64,000 nt of DNA. Source: a phage. The notes below the pieces were generated by a model. It saw only the letters and a list, made by a program, of their open reading frames with translations. It was not told the origin of the DNA and ran no database searches. Of the stretch, positions 18,413-27,363 are shown in pieces (positions within the stretch are counted from its first letter, which is position 1; each line of letters starts with the position of its first letter). The stretch lies in the sequence record PZ386957.1. The stretch is one strand, 5' to 3'. Both the position numbers and the translations under genes were made by a program.

Positions 18413-18709
18413 TCATATCTCAGAGAATAGAATCTCTGTTAGCTTCACTGACTGCTCTCTGAATGTTAGCGTATACTCGAAAGGAAAGTCAACACCCAAT
18501 TTCAGAAGAGAATAGCCTACCGCCTCTTTATGCTTGTCGGTTAGGGCGATCCTAACCAATTCCCGTTGAATCTCTTTAGGCGGTGAATGGATAGTAACAC
18601 GGGTATCATGCAATGTCCAGTCACCATTACGAATCAAGATTAACGGTTTATCGTCATTGAAGATCACCGACCCCTTTCCGGTCGGTGAGTGTTTTATACT
18701 AATCATCAA
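18413..18709 (-). CDS. Hypothetical protein
   Basis: 98-aa ORF. Confidence 0.5.
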   Translation of the reverse strand: MMISIKHSPTGKGSVIFNDDKPLILIRNGDWTLHDTRVTIHSPPKEIQRELVRIALTDKHKEAVGYSLLKLGVDFPFEYTLTFREQSVKLTEILFSEI

Positions 18710-18920
18710 ATTCTAAGAAATATTCTGGAACGATATAACCGTTAAAGTCATTACACTTATAAAAATGTGGTGCATTTAATGCTGGATGAGCATTAGTAAA
18801 GAGTGTACCCTCTAGAAACAGAATGTAATTAACAGGTCTGATACCGACAGAATCTGGATCTAATCCTTTTTCTCTCAGTTCAGCCAGCGTTAAAACTCGT
18901 CCAGATCGTCCCTTAGTCAT
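18699..18920 (-). CDS. Hypothetical protein
   Basis: 73-aa ORF. Confidence 0.45.
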   Translation of the reverse strand: MTKGRSGRVLTLAELREKGLDPDSVGIRPVNYILFLEGTLFTNAHPALNAPHFYKCNDFNGYIVPEYFLEFDD

Positions 18921-19206
18921 GATTTACCCCAAATTCATCAAGATTATGTCGCAGCATTTCAGAGTATTTTTCTACTTCTTTAATCTTAGTGTGGATCTCC
19001 ACGATCTCATCTCCAATATCAGAAAGTTTAATGGCAATTGCGAGCGTGCTTTTACCAGCTTTCGCAATCTCTTTCAGTTCAACCAATAGATCCGCGTATT
19101 TCAGTAGCAGTTCTTCACGTCGAACATAAGCGACGGTCAAAGCCTCATCAGCGATTTCTAAAGCATTTTCAGCGACACCAACAACCATTTTACGAGTAGA
19201 CAGCAT
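18913..19206 (-). CDS. Hypothetical protein (helical)
   Basis: 97-aa ORF. Confidence 0.5.
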   Translation of the reverse strand: MLSTRKMVVGVAENALEIADEALTVAYVRREELLLKYADLLVELKEIAKAGKSTLAIAIKLSDIGDEIVEIHTKIKEVEKYSEMLRHNLDEFGVNHD

Positions 19207-19220
19207 AAATTCACCTCACA

Positions 19221-19529
19221 TTATTTCACGTTAACGCCGTCATCAATCCAGCCGACGCTATTTGGTTTAACAGTTTTACCATAGGATGCATACTTAATCA
19301 AGCATGGTTTAACATCATTATCAAATCTTCCTAAACGTACTCCCAAATCAGGAATATCCATGTATGCGGCTTTATATCCCCATGTACAATATTCAGCATC
19401 AATCTCAACCGGACGGCCTTTAAAAGCATACACTACACCGTGACGGTCAACGATAACATAGCGATAGCCAGCCGGAAGATACACAGTTTCGCCGTAAACT
19501 TTAACTGGAGTAGCAGAAGAGATAAACAT
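19221..19529 (-). CDS. Hypothetical protein
   Basis: 102-aa ORF preceded by RBS GAGGAT. Confidence 0.5.
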   Translation of the reverse strand: MFISSATPVKVYGETVYLPAGYRYVIVDRHGVVYAFKGRPVEIDAEYCTWGYKAAYMDIPDLGVRLGRFDNDVKPCLIKYASYGKTVKPNSVGWIDDGVNVK

Positions 19530-19564
19530 AATATAATCCTCACATCGTTCATTTGATGCGGTTA

Positions 19565-19592
19565 TTATAGGATAACCGCATTTTCATATCAA
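19565..19592 (-). promoter_or_regulatory. Promoter TTGATA-16-TATAAT, -10 inside inverted repeat GCGGTTAT...ATAACCGC
   Basis: Minus-strand read upstream of 19221-19529. Confidence 0.6.
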
Positions 19593-19599
19593 CAGTTTT

Positions 19600-19974
19600 T
19601 TAAAAATCTTCTTCCGGTTTATATCGACCGTCATCGACTGGTTTTGGACTGAATCCTTTATGCGTGCGCGGCTTCGCTTCCGGTTTACCAGCAATCATCA
19701 AACCAAAACATTTCAGCCCCTTATAACACATAACAATATCAACCACGGTCCACGTTATAGGCCATACGATTGCAGCAATACAAAATGCTCCTGTATCGAC
19801 CTCTTTGGTGTCCTTGTCGAATCTGGCATACAAGCAGAATACTAGATACGAGATCATTGCACCAGTAGTCCAGATATAAAGTACATTAACAATATCTTGT
19901 GTTGTCACATTGTCCTCCTTACATGTCTTGCAGTGCGTAAAAGCATTTTTCTTCGTAGTCATAGAAAATGTCAA
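19600..19974 (-). CDS. Membrane protein (2 TM predicted)
   Basis: 124 aa; hydrophobic segments MISYLVFCLYARF and FCIAAIVWPITWTVVDIVMCY. Confidence 0.5.
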   Translation of the reverse strand: MTFSMTTKKNAFTHCKTCKEDNVTTQDIVNVLYIWTTGAMISYLVFCLYARFDKDTKEVDTGAFCIAAIVWPITWTVVDIVMCYKGLKCFGLMIAGKPEAKPRTHKGFSPKPVDDGRYKPEEDF

Positions 19975-20197
19975 AGTATGCTTTTTCTACATACTCGCCA
20001 TTGATCCAAGAGGCAGTAACAATCATAGTTGTCCAGTTAGATCCACTCTCAACAGCAAAGGTTTTGATGCCCAGCTTCGCTGCTAAGTCGAAAGCAAACC
20101 GGACGCAACCACGGCAGGAAGTGATATTGGAAGTTTTGATTTTGATGCCACCGCGAGTTTTGGAAATTTCTACTTTAGCGAAAGACAAGTTGCTCAT
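19919..20197 (-). CDS. Hypothetical protein
   Basis: 92-aa ORF after promoter/leader at 20240-20268. Confidence 0.5.
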   Translation of the reverse strand: MSNLSFAKVEISKTRGGIKIKTSNITSCRGCVRFAFDLAAKLGIKTFAVESGSNWTTMIVTASWINGEYVEKAYFDIFYDYEEKCFYALQDM

Positions 20198-20239
20198 TTT
20201 GATTCTCCTTAAGAAAGTGTGTTTCGTTTTGATGTGTGT

Positions 20240-20268
20240 AGTATAGGGGATACGTGATCCCCTGTCAA
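20240..20268 (-). promoter_or_regulatory. Promoter TTGACA-17-TATACT, spacer palindrome GGGGAT-CACGT-ATCCCC, CATCAAAACGAAACAC leader
   Basis: Minus-strand read upstream of 19919-20197. Confidence 0.6.
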
Positions 20269-20276
20269 CAACTTTT

Positions 20277-20606
20277 TTATGATTTTAGTGAATTAACCAC
20301 TACATCAAAATGATGTACAGAGCACACCTTACGAAACACATATTCATCATGTTTAGGAATCGCCCCTAACCGCTCTATTTCGCTTGCTGACACGATAAAC
20401 TGTTTATCTGGTGCATATGCCTTGCGTGCTTCAACAACGCACGGGAAACGCGTTTCAGAGAGTTCTGGATAGTTTTCTGAATCCATCAGGACAATGAATA
20501 CCCTGTTACATTGATTGTAGAATCCTGTTTTTGATTTCATCAAGTTTTCTTCTCTGTACAATTCGTGCAATCTTCCTTTCATGATTTCGTTGGTTCTTGT
20601 CTTCAC
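20277..20606 (-). CDS. Hypothetical protein
   Basis: 109-aa ORF; start may be an internal Met. Confidence 0.45.
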   Translation of the reverse strand: MKTRTNEIMKGRLHELYREENLMKSKTGFYNQCNRVFIVLMDSENYPELSETRFPCVVEARKAYAPDKQFIVSASEIERLGAIPKHDEYVFRKVCSVHHFDVVVNSLKS

Positions 20607-20862
20607 AGTTTACCCATTCAACAAGATCTTTACCTAACTCGAAAGCCCATTCTCGGTCTTGCTTTACGTTTTGTAGGTATGGACTTTCTGACACTCTACG
20701 AAGTGATGTTGTCGTAACAAGAATGATCCCAGGAATGGTCGGATGTTCCTTTCCATATACAATAGGACGAGAGTCACGCTCGACACCTTCCAAGAAGGTG
20801 TATCCTGAATCATTTAGAATCATATACATTTTCGGTTCGTTCATCACAGATTCCTCAGCCAA
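20506..20862 (-). CDS. Hypothetical protein
   Basis: 118-aa ORF overlapping the next. Confidence 0.45.
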   Translation of the reverse strand: MAEESVMNEPKMYMILNDSGYTFLEGVERDSRPIVYGKEHPTIPGIILVTTTSLRRVSESPYLQNVKQDREWAFELGKDLVEWVNCEDKNQRNHERKIARIVQRRKLDEIKNRILQSM

Positions 20863-21098
20863 TTGTTAAAACGAGCAAACAATGATGCTTTTCGTGCTTC
20901 TTTTACTCTACTCGCAGATAAGCCACTGAAACACCACTCATAATTATCGTGAAACTCAGGATCAACGGGAACGCCAGCTTTGCGTAATTCTCCGGTTGTT
21001 ACTAAGAATCCCTCATAGTATGGCGTACCTTCAACAATAATTGGAAGGTTAACTTCATCCAAGAATGAATAACGTCGGCAGAAAATTTCAATTTTCAT
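20844..21098 (-). CDS. Hypothetical protein
   Basis: 84-aa ORF. Confidence 0.45.
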   Translation of the reverse strand: MKIEIFCRRYSFLDEVNLPIIVEGTPYYEGFLVTTGELRKAGVPVDPEFHDNYEWCFSGLSASRVKEARKASLFARFNNWLRNL

Positions 21099-21343
21099 TT
21101 TACATTGTCTCCATAGATCTTGCCATCAATATCAATCTCACCAGCACGAACATCTAAGATAAGATGCGGTAGGTGTATGCAGTTTTCCCAACCTACGCGC
21201 TTCATTTCGGCTACAGCAACGTAAGCCCATCCGTTCGCTGTAATAAAGTCTACTTCAACTTTCAGGGGAAAGCAAGACTTTTCTATGTCTTCGAATCCGA
21301 CAATGTGTTTTGTTGTTGAATATGGAATGTATCCGGTAATCAT
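21095..21343 (-). CDS. Hypothetical protein
   Basis: 82-aa ORF, coupled starts and stops. Confidence 0.45.
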   Translation of the reverse strand: MITGYIPYSTTKHIVGFEDIEKSCFPLKVEVDFITANGWAYVAVAEMKRVGWENCIHLPHLILDVRAGEIDIDGKIYGDNVK

Positions 21344-21588
21344 TTTGTGATCTCCTTGTACTCAACACACCATAAGCGAGTAGCCCATGATAAACGCTCG
21401 TAACGCTGGCAGAAATCAGACCATAGGTATTGTGTACCGTCGTCCTGCATGGTTGAAATATGCGTCTTCTCTCCTACTTTCACGAATGAAGTATTCGATT
21501 TTGTGATCTCGACCGGAGTATAGCCAACTAGCGCCGCATGTACTTTAGTCTCGATTTCATCCATATCAGCCAATGTTTTAACCTTCAT
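21340..21588 (-). CDS. Hypothetical protein
   Basis: 82-aa ORF. Confidence 0.45.
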   Translation of the reverse strand: MKVKTLADMDEIETKVHAALVGYTPVEITKSNTSFVKVGEKTHISTMQDDGTQYLWSDFCQRYERLSWATRLWCVEYKEITK

Positions 21589-21598
21589 AATTTAATCC

Positions 21599-21889
21599 TC
21601 AAATGGTAGTTTTGCGAAGATGGTCATTACATGCTTTTAATGCATCAGTCGCGGTGTCATAGCGAGTATTATCATAGCACCAATCACCATCCGTCAACTG
21701 ATAAATTAATCCATCCTTTTTAGCTTCGATGAAAGATAACTCTTTGAAAGTTTCTACTTTCTTTGCTGACACTCCACGGTCACGGCGTTTGTAAAGTTTC
21801 TTTAAAACTCTTTCCGCTTGTTCTTCTTTCTCGCCAGACAGATCCCAGATAATGCTACGGATATGTTTGATCATTTGTTCGGTGTTCAT
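21599..21889 (-). CDS. Hypothetical protein
   Basis: 96-aa ORF after promoter/leader 21919-21946. Confidence 0.5.
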   Translation of the reverse strand: MNTEQMIKHIRSIIWDLSGEKEEQAERVLKKLYKRRDRGVSAKKVETFKELSFIEAKKDGLIYQLTDGDWCYDNTRYDTATDALKACNDHLRKTTI

Positions 21890-21918
21890 CTTTGATTCTC
21901 CTTAGTTGGTATGTGCGC

Positions 21919-21946
21919 ATTATAACATTGGGATTTTCATTGTCAA
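21919..21946 (-). promoter_or_regulatory. Promoter TTGACA-16-TATAAT
   Basis: Minus-strand read; immediately downstream of terminator 21958-21988; RBS AAGGAG. Confidence 0.7.
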
Positions 21947-21957
21947 CACCTAAAAAC

Positions 21958-21988
21958 AAAAAGGCTATCCCGAAGGACAGCCCATAAA
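21958..21988 (-). terminator. Intrinsic terminator after the glycine-rich protein gene
   Basis: GGGCTGTCC-TTCG-GGATAGCC hairpin then TTTTTGTTTTT. Confidence 0.7.
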
Positions 21989-21990
21989 AA

Positions 21991-22809
21991 TTACACGCGA
22001 GCACCGTAGATCGTGCCAACTTTAGTCCATGTTGGGGCATTACCAGTAACAGCTTTACCAGCAGCACCACCAGGCCACGGAACACCAGCGCGACCAGTAC
22101 CATCATACCATGAGTCGTTAGCCTTAGCACCTGCTTGACCAGCGTCACCACCGTTACCAGCATAATATATATTACCGTTATACGATCCTCTACCCGGCGC
22201 GGTATATGTAGCAGCGGTTGACCCTATTTCCATGTTGGAATATGCACCAGCCGCACCATAAGGACGACCACCACCACCACCCATTGACAACCCAATGATC
22301 GGATAATATGAGTAATAAGCACCGCCACCGCCACCGCCACCGCCAGCGATGACACCATTATTTGTGATGCGTAGACGTGTACCGATACCATTATTGATAG
22401 CAGTCCCGCCAGCTTGTCCAGGACCAGTGCTGGAATTAGTACCGCCATCACCACCCTTACCACCACGACCCCAAACATGGACACCTGGGTTAATGTTTAA
22501 TGTAATATACTCATTAGCAAGATCGCTAGGAAAATCGAGACACGGAACACTAGCAGAATGAGAAACAATATCCCCGGTAATGGTAATTACTACCGGAGTA
22601 GACCCGTGTGATCTTAGATAACTAATCAAAGTATCTTTATTGTAACTATGGTTAGACCCAATACTATAATAAACCTCTTTAGAACGTCCCACCATCGCAC
22701 TCATCCAAGCCGGACGACCTAAGCGTACAGCTTCCATTGCGGCACTCATCCACCGTTGGCCTGTTTCATTAACGGCAGATGATCCTACCCATCCAGAAGA
22801 TATTGCCAT
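21991..22809 (-). CDS. Glycine-rich protein (N-terminal globular region + Gly/Tyr-rich low-complexity region)
   Basis: 272 aa; runs GGGGGGGG, GGKGGDGG, MGGGGGRPYGAAG; correct strand and terminator; alt-frame ORFs over it are GC artefacts. Confidence 0.6.
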   Translation of the reverse strand: MAISSGWVGSSAVNETGQRWMSAAMEAVRLGRPAWMSAMVGRSKEVYYSIGSNHSYNKDTLISYLRSHGSTPVVITITGDIVSHSASVPCLDFPSDLANEYITLNINPGVHVWGRGGKGGDGGTNSSTGPGQAGGTAINNGIGTRLRITNNGVIAGGGGGGGGAYYSYYPIIGLSMGGGGGRPYGAAGAYSNMEIGSTAATYTAPGRGSYNGNIYYAGNGGDAGQAGAKANDSWYDGTGRAGVPWPGGAAGKAVTGNAPTWTKVGTIYGARV

Positions 22810-22825
22810 AAAATTTCCTCACAAG

Positions 22826-22850
22826 AAAAGCCCCAATTAAGGGGCATTGA
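22826..22850 (-). terminator. Intrinsic terminator
   Basis: GCCCCTTAATTGGGGC hairpin then TTTTCTTG. Confidence 0.55.
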
Positions 22851-22863
22851 TTAATAATATTAC

Positions 22864-23085
22864 TTAGATGATCTCTGCTTCAACATTCAGGAAGAAAGAC
22901 CATGTTTTGTTTGGGTAACGAAGCGCCCAAGATTCGGCAGTTTTAACACCAACTTCGAACAATTGACGGCTGGTTACTTTAGCCATACCATCTTCGATGA
23001 TAACGTTTTCAATAATCATCGGGTACTTAGCTCCACGCATGAAACCAAAGCCAGCAGATGATTTGATGATTTTAACAGTTGCCAT
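22864..23085 (-). CDS. Hypothetical protein
   Basis: 73-aa ORF after promoter/leader 23125-23152. Confidence 0.5.
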   Translation of the reverse strand: MATVKIIKSSAGFGFMRGAKYPMIIENVIIEDGMAKVTSRQLFEVGVKTAESWALRYPNKTWSFFLNVEAEII

Positions 23086-23124
23086 TTTGATTCTCCTAGA
23101 AAGTGTCGTGTTTCGATGTGTGCA

Positions 23125-23152
23125 TTATGATATATCCAGATCCGGCTGTCAA
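23125..23152 (-). promoter_or_regulatory. Promoter TTGACA-17-CATAAT with GCACACATCGAAACACGAC leader
   Basis: Minus-strand read upstream of 22864-23085. Confidence 0.6.
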
Positions 23153-23171
23153 CACTTTCTAAGAAAAATTT

Positions 23172-23456
23172 TTAAATTAATCGAATGTAGCCCAAAATTT
23201 CAGCACTTTTAGCCAGACCTAAAACTTCCCATTCAAGGTCGCCGTAGTCATAATTTGCAACCATCAGTTCACCGTTTTTCATACAGCAATCATGAGAGAA
23301 AATTTGCCCCGCATAAACCACGATAGTGATAAACTTTCCTGATTCTGGCGGTGTGGAAGACAAAGCGACCATATGACCATTCAGTTTAGTCACAAGTGAT
23401 GGAACAATAAAATTCGGGTTTACCTGAATCCCTTTCAATTCGTTAGTATCTTTCAT
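23172..23456 (-). CDS. Hypothetical protein
   Basis: 94-aa ORF. Confidence 0.5.
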   Translation of the reverse strand: MKDTNELKGIQVNPNFIVPSLVTKLNGHMVALSSTPPESGKFITIVVYAGQIFSHDCCMKNGELMVANYDYGDLEWEVLGLAKSAEILGYIRLI

Positions 23457-23833
23457 GCCATACCTCTTAAAACACTAATAGCATAATCATGCTGGTTATT
23501 CATAATATCGATTGCATTGTGGTAACGAGCTAAACCATCGAGGATAAATTCTTGTTTATCCTGTTTCAGCTTAGTATCACGCGCAGCCATCAGAGCATCA
23601 AGGACAGGTCCAAAGTGATTGTCTAATTCATATTCGGTCGCAATGTTTCCTATGGCCTCATCGATCCGTGATTCCAATGCTTGTTTTTCGTTGATCACTT
23701 GCTGGGTATATTCCAACACATCAAGAATATCGCGGGTAACATCGCCGTGATAAGGTATTCCCGCGTGAAGGTGATCAATTAGTCTTTGAATATCAATGTT
23801 CAATTGTAGCCCTCCTCTGAAAGTACATCCCAA
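23453..23833 (-). CDS. Hypothetical protein
   Basis: 126-aa ORF. Confidence 0.5.
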   Translation of the reverse strand: MGCTFRGGLQLNIDIQRLIDHLHAGIPYHGDVTRDILDVLEYTQQVINEKQALESRIDEAIGNIATEYELDNHFGPVLDALMAARDTKLKQDKQEFILDGLARYHNAIDIMNNQHDYAISVLRGMA

Positions 23834-24138
23834 ATCGTTGCGTCAAGATGCATTAAGTTCCACATAATAGAGTCATAACTACCGAAGCCAGAAGTAAAAA
23901 TTACATCACACTGTCGATAGGTCTTATGAAAATCGGTGGCTGTCTCTGCATCAATCGGCATATCGTCACCGGAAAGCACCAGACATTTAAGAATCATAAC
24001 TCTGTTAGCCGTCGGCGCTTGCTTAGTCTTTTCAGCATATTTTTCGATGATCCGTTTTGCCTTTTCTTCTTTGATACGTCCAGACATAATCCGGTTTTGG
24101 TATTGATTCATAATAACTTCAATTACATCATTTTGCAT
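23800..24138 (-). CDS. Hypothetical protein
   Basis: 112-aa ORF. Confidence 0.5.
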   Translation of the reverse strand: MQNDVIEVIMNQYQNRIMSGRIKEEKAKRIIEKYAEKTKQAPTANRVMILKCLVLSGDDMPIDAETATDFHKTYRQCDVIFTSGFGSYDSIMWNLMHLDATIWDVLSEEGYN

Positions 24139-24337
24139 TCTTCACGGTCTCCATAATTGTTTTGTAAGCCAGTTTAAGATGATCACCGAAAAACTTTGCG
24201 GTATTACCTTTCGGATCGCGAAGCATTGTTTCTACGATCTCGTCAGCAGTAACAATTTCTCCTTTCTTTGCGGCATGTTCTACCATATACTTCAAAGTTT
24301 CTTCGGAAGCAAGTGCTGCGGCTACTGGATTAATCAT
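24128..24337 (-). CDS. Hypothetical protein
   Basis: 69-aa ORF after promoter/leader 24367-24395. Confidence 0.5.
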   Translation of the reverse strand: MINPVAAALASEETLKYMVEHAAKKGEIVTADEIVETMLRDPKGNTAKFFGDHLKLAYKTIMETVKNAK

Positions 24338-24366
24338 TTTGGTTCTCCTTTGTTGTCGATGTGTGC

Positions 24367-24395
24367 ATTATGCTATACCTTATTCTTGTTGTCAA
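24367..24395 (-). promoter_or_regulatory. Promoter TTGACA-17-CATAAT with GCACACATCGACAAC leader
   Basis: Minus-strand read; downstream of terminator 24401-24431. Confidence 0.65.
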
Positions 24396-24400
24396 CACCT

Positions 24401-24431
24401 AAAAACGAAAAAGCCACCCTTTCGGATGGCT
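24401..24431 (-). terminator. Intrinsic terminator after the 715-aa gene
   Basis: AGCCATCC-GAAA-GGGTGGCT then TTTTTCGTTTTT. Confidence 0.75.
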
Positions 24432-24443
24432 TTTGATTACATT

Positions 24444-26591
24444 TTATTCTCGTCCATTTGTATAGTAGTGTTTGAATCGCCCATAGCCAGTTTCAATAGA
24501 CATATCTTTCTGTCGGACAATCGCCCAATAGCCATTGCATGAATCTTGCAAATACAGATCCTTACCTTTTAGGAACTCGTTAAAGATCGTAATCTGCCAA
24601 TCATAATAGACGGCATCAGCGAGACTATCCATCCAACCATGTGGATCATCCATCAGTTCGACAAGCTCATCGATAACCCAATATGGACACGGGCTAAATT
24701 TACCTTTACTAAAATCATTGAACAAGGTAACAAGTTTAACTTCCGGTCGCGGTTCATCCGGCTGCACAGGTCGTTTATTAACCACAACCTGTACATATTT
24801 CGTATACCCGATGATTTCGCCGGAGTCAAGAGTATCGTTATTGTTCTTATCTGCATAAGCCACAAAACGATAAACACCGGAATCATTTATTGTTGCATTA
24901 GCTTTACGGTAAATCGGCACGCGAGAATCAGCAATAGGTAATTTAACACCAGCTTTGCTAAACTCATAGGTAGGTACATAATCAGCCGGAGGCTTCAACA
25001 TGGTAGCCTCAAGAACAAGCGGTTCACCTTCCGTAATCTGTACCGGATGCGGACCATCAAATTCCATATTAGGCACTACCTCAACATGGTAGGTAGCGCG
25101 TGCTGCAATATCGTAATCGGTATGCGCACTATATGGATCTTTACTCGGACTATCGCGGTATTCATGCGACCAGATACCGTTATGGTCTCGGTCTGCGGAA
25201 TCAGTGATCTTATACTCTTTCGCTTCAATAGGCAAATCTGCGACTTTAACATCATTTTTCAGAATTACTAATGAACGCGTTTGAGTCGGATCACCGCTTG
25301 CTGGCGGTTCTGGATCGACGATCTTAATTACAATCGGTTCACCAATCTCAATATTACGATAATCATATTCTTTATCGTAAATGTCAAGCATACGGCGGTC
25401 ATAGAACAAAGGACGTCCGGTCGGTGTTCTCTGCGGATCATCATCACGCGCGGGAGCCACCAACAGTTGAAGTGCTACGCTATCGTCATATTGCAATTCA
25501 TTAAGCGTAATGCGGTCATATCCCGGATCACCGTATTTCTTGCTTTGGAGTTGCTTACCGCCTAGCATCCACGTAAAGTAAACATTATTTGCAAGCATAC
25601 CATAATGGCGGTTCCATGAGTTATCCGCTGGTAATACTGGCATATCAAAGTTTACTTCCGATCCAGAAGGATAACGAAATTCGATTGCTGCAAAGTCATT
25701 ACGGAAAAATTCGTTTTCCTTAACTTTGACAGTAAATCGGTGTCGCTGCCCTTCAATGAATGATTCACCAGCACCAGGTCCATTAACCACTTTATAGGAG
25801 CGAACGCAAGCTACATATTCACCTGCATCATTTTCGGTAGCATGTTTGGTTGCATAGAGTGTTTTGTTGGTAGACTCATAAACAAGAGTACCGTCGCCAC
25901 GCTCTAAGCGATACCTTACAATGGTATGCTCTGCGTCATTAGGCGCATCATCTTCTACCGTGAAATAAGCTGGTGCATATTTCTGGACATTGAATACTGC
26001 GGGATTTTCCTTAATATCGGCAACAAACGGATAAACAAATTTAACGTCGCCGTGTTCGTCGCTCAATTCCATTCGGTAATTACCGGAAAATTCAGGCCAT
26101 GCAAATTTTGCAATTTTAAATTCACGATGGTCTAATCCCAGATCACCATCAATGGAATCAACGAGGCCATTATTATAATACAGGTCAACCGAAATATTAG
26201 CCGGAATATTACTACGGAAAACAATTTTTGCTTTAATTTCATCACCAATATCAAAAGACGTTGGAGGATGAACATATTCGACAAAGACATTATCGAATAA
26301 ACTAAAGGTAAAGTTTTCCGTGCCGATATCTACGGATTCGCCAGAAAAATTTTCATCATCTTGCGCATAACCACGAAGGTTAACAGACCATCCGGTTTTA
26401 TCCTCTTCTTTCACTGAATCCAATACATAGGAAGGAGTTGCAGTAGTCGCAATGACCTTATTGTCTTTCTTCCACGTAAAACCCTTTTTAGGTTTAGTTG
26501 GTTCAGGGGATTCCCCAGCAAGGGAACAAGCGAAAGTATGAGGAAGCCAAATGGTAGTATTAACGCTAGTATCTTTATTTTCTACTGGCAT
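24444..26591 (-). CDS. Large protein with Ig-like repeat signatures
   Basis: 715 aa; repeated D.G.Y.C motifs (DAGEYVACV, DSGVYRFVA) typical of Ig-like beta-sandwich domains. Confidence 0.6.
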   Translation of the reverse strand: MPVENKDTSVNTTIWLPHTFACSLAGESPEPTKPKKGFTWKKDNKVIATTATPSYVLDSVKEEDKTGWSVNLRGYAQDDENFSGESVDIGTENFTFSLFDNVFVEYVHPPTSFDIGDEIKAKIVFRSNIPANISVDLYYNNGLVDSIDGDLGLDHREFKIAKFAWPEFSGNYRMELSDEHGDVKFVYPFVADIKENPAVFNVQKYAPAYFTVEDDAPNDAEHTIVRYRLERGDGTLVYESTNKTLYATKHATENDAGEYVACVRSYKVVNGPGAGESFIEGQRHRFTVKVKENEFFRNDFAAIEFRYPSGSEVNFDMPVLPADNSWNRHYGMLANNVYFTWMLGGKQLQSKKYGDPGYDRITLNELQYDDSVALQLLVAPARDDDPQRTPTGRPLFYDRRMLDIYDKEYDYRNIEIGEPIVIKIVDPEPPASGDPTQTRSLVILKNDVKVADLPIEAKEYKITDSADRDHNGIWSHEYRDSPSKDPYSAHTDYDIAARATYHVEVVPNMEFDGPHPVQITEGEPLVLEATMLKPPADYVPTYEFSKAGVKLPIADSRVPIYRKANATINDSGVYRFVAYADKNNNDTLDSGEIIGYTKYVQVVVNKRPVQPDEPRPEVKLVTLFNDFSKGKFSPCPYWVIDELVELMDDPHGWMDSLADAVYYDWQITIFNEFLKGKDLYLQDSCNGYWAIVRQKDMSIETGYGRFKHYYTNGRE

Positions 26592-26612
26592 ATTATCCCC
26601 TTATTGCTGACA

Positions 26613-27011
26613 CTAAGCCAGCTTAGTGAGTTTATAGATGGTTTTAAAGCATAGAACTTTAATATCGTCTAAAACGCTCTGTAGAGAGCTATCAACATCA
26701 TTATAAATCTCACTTGCCATTTGCGCTAATTCCTGCAAATAGGCAACTTCGCTAATCTCCTTTCGGACGACCAACGTCGGTTGATATCTTCCGGTAATAC
26801 CGATATTAGTTTCCGTGAAAGTATCAACCAATTCTTGCATTTCAAGATAGAACTCTTCTAGCGCCTTATGTTTTGCGTAAGACCCCGGACCAGTTACCCC
26901 AAAATGCGCAGAATGCATATAAGTAACGCTCATTAGGCATTCACCAATAAAGCGGTCCACATTATTAGCCTTTCCTTCATCGGAAGTTTTTCTAAATTCG
27001 CTGAATTTCAA
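26613..27011 (-). CDS. Hypothetical protein
   Basis: 132-aa ORF. Confidence 0.5.
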   Translation of the reverse strand: MKFSEFRKTSDEGKANNVDRFIGECLMSVTYMHSAHFGVTGPGSYAKHKALEEFYLEMQELVDTFTETNIGITGRYQPTLVVRKEISEVAYLQELAQMASEIYNDVDSSLQSVLDDIKVLCFKTIYKLTKLA

Positions 27012-27301
27012 TTTCGTCGATTCTCCACATTATAAGCAACTACAAATTGCTTCGCAGCATATTCGCCCATCATAAAACATTGTCTTGCATCCATACACCT
27101 ACTACGTGCATATGTTTTCATTAAATGCTCATGAAATTTTTGGCTAGTTTCAACGGATGGTTGGATCTTGCTTATATAGACAATCATCGCACCATCAAAA
27201 TAATCGGTAAAATCACCGACTGGATTATTTTGGTCGGCACTTACACTACCGACTGCCATTAGACAAAATGCTGCGGTTAAAGTTTTACGAATAAATGACA
27301 T
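27008..27301 (-). CDS. Secreted/periplasmic protein with N-terminal signal sequence (rI-like position)
   Basis: 97 aa; N-terminal hydrophobic LTAAFCLMAVGSVSA; sits next to tk where T4 carries rI (97 aa); TATAAATA late-type promoter upstream. Confidence 0.5.
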   Translation of the reverse strand: MSFIRKTLTAAFCLMAVGSVSADQNNPVGDFTDYFDGAMIVYISKIQPSVETSQKFHEHLMKTYARSRCMDARQCFMMGEYAAKQFVVAYNVENRRN

Positions 27302-27334
27302 AAGTCATTCCCCCAGATTAAAAAAGTTCAAGTA

Positions 27335-27342
27335 TATTTATA
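27335..27342 (-). promoter_or_regulatory. T4 late-type promoter TATAAATA
   Basis: Exact TATAAATA on minus strand about 34 nt upstream of the 27301 start. Confidence 0.45.
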
Positions 27343-27363
27343 ATCTAGGGTATATTTTAACCC

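Noticed and set aside
22262-22345. Simple-sequence DNA repeat (ccaccaccacc, gccaccgcc) that might look like a tandem repeat or CRISPR-like array
   Set aside because: Short trinucleotide periodicity entirely inside a coding region (poly-Gly codons); no spacer/repeat architecture.
22224-22484. Alt-frame ORFs (22224-22484, 21855-22163 minus; 22349-22561 plus) overlapping the glycine-rich gene
   Set aside because: They arise from the GC-rich, repetitive GGN/CCA codon tracts of the glycine-rich ORF; translations are low-complexity (VVVVV, PPPLPP) with no independent signals.
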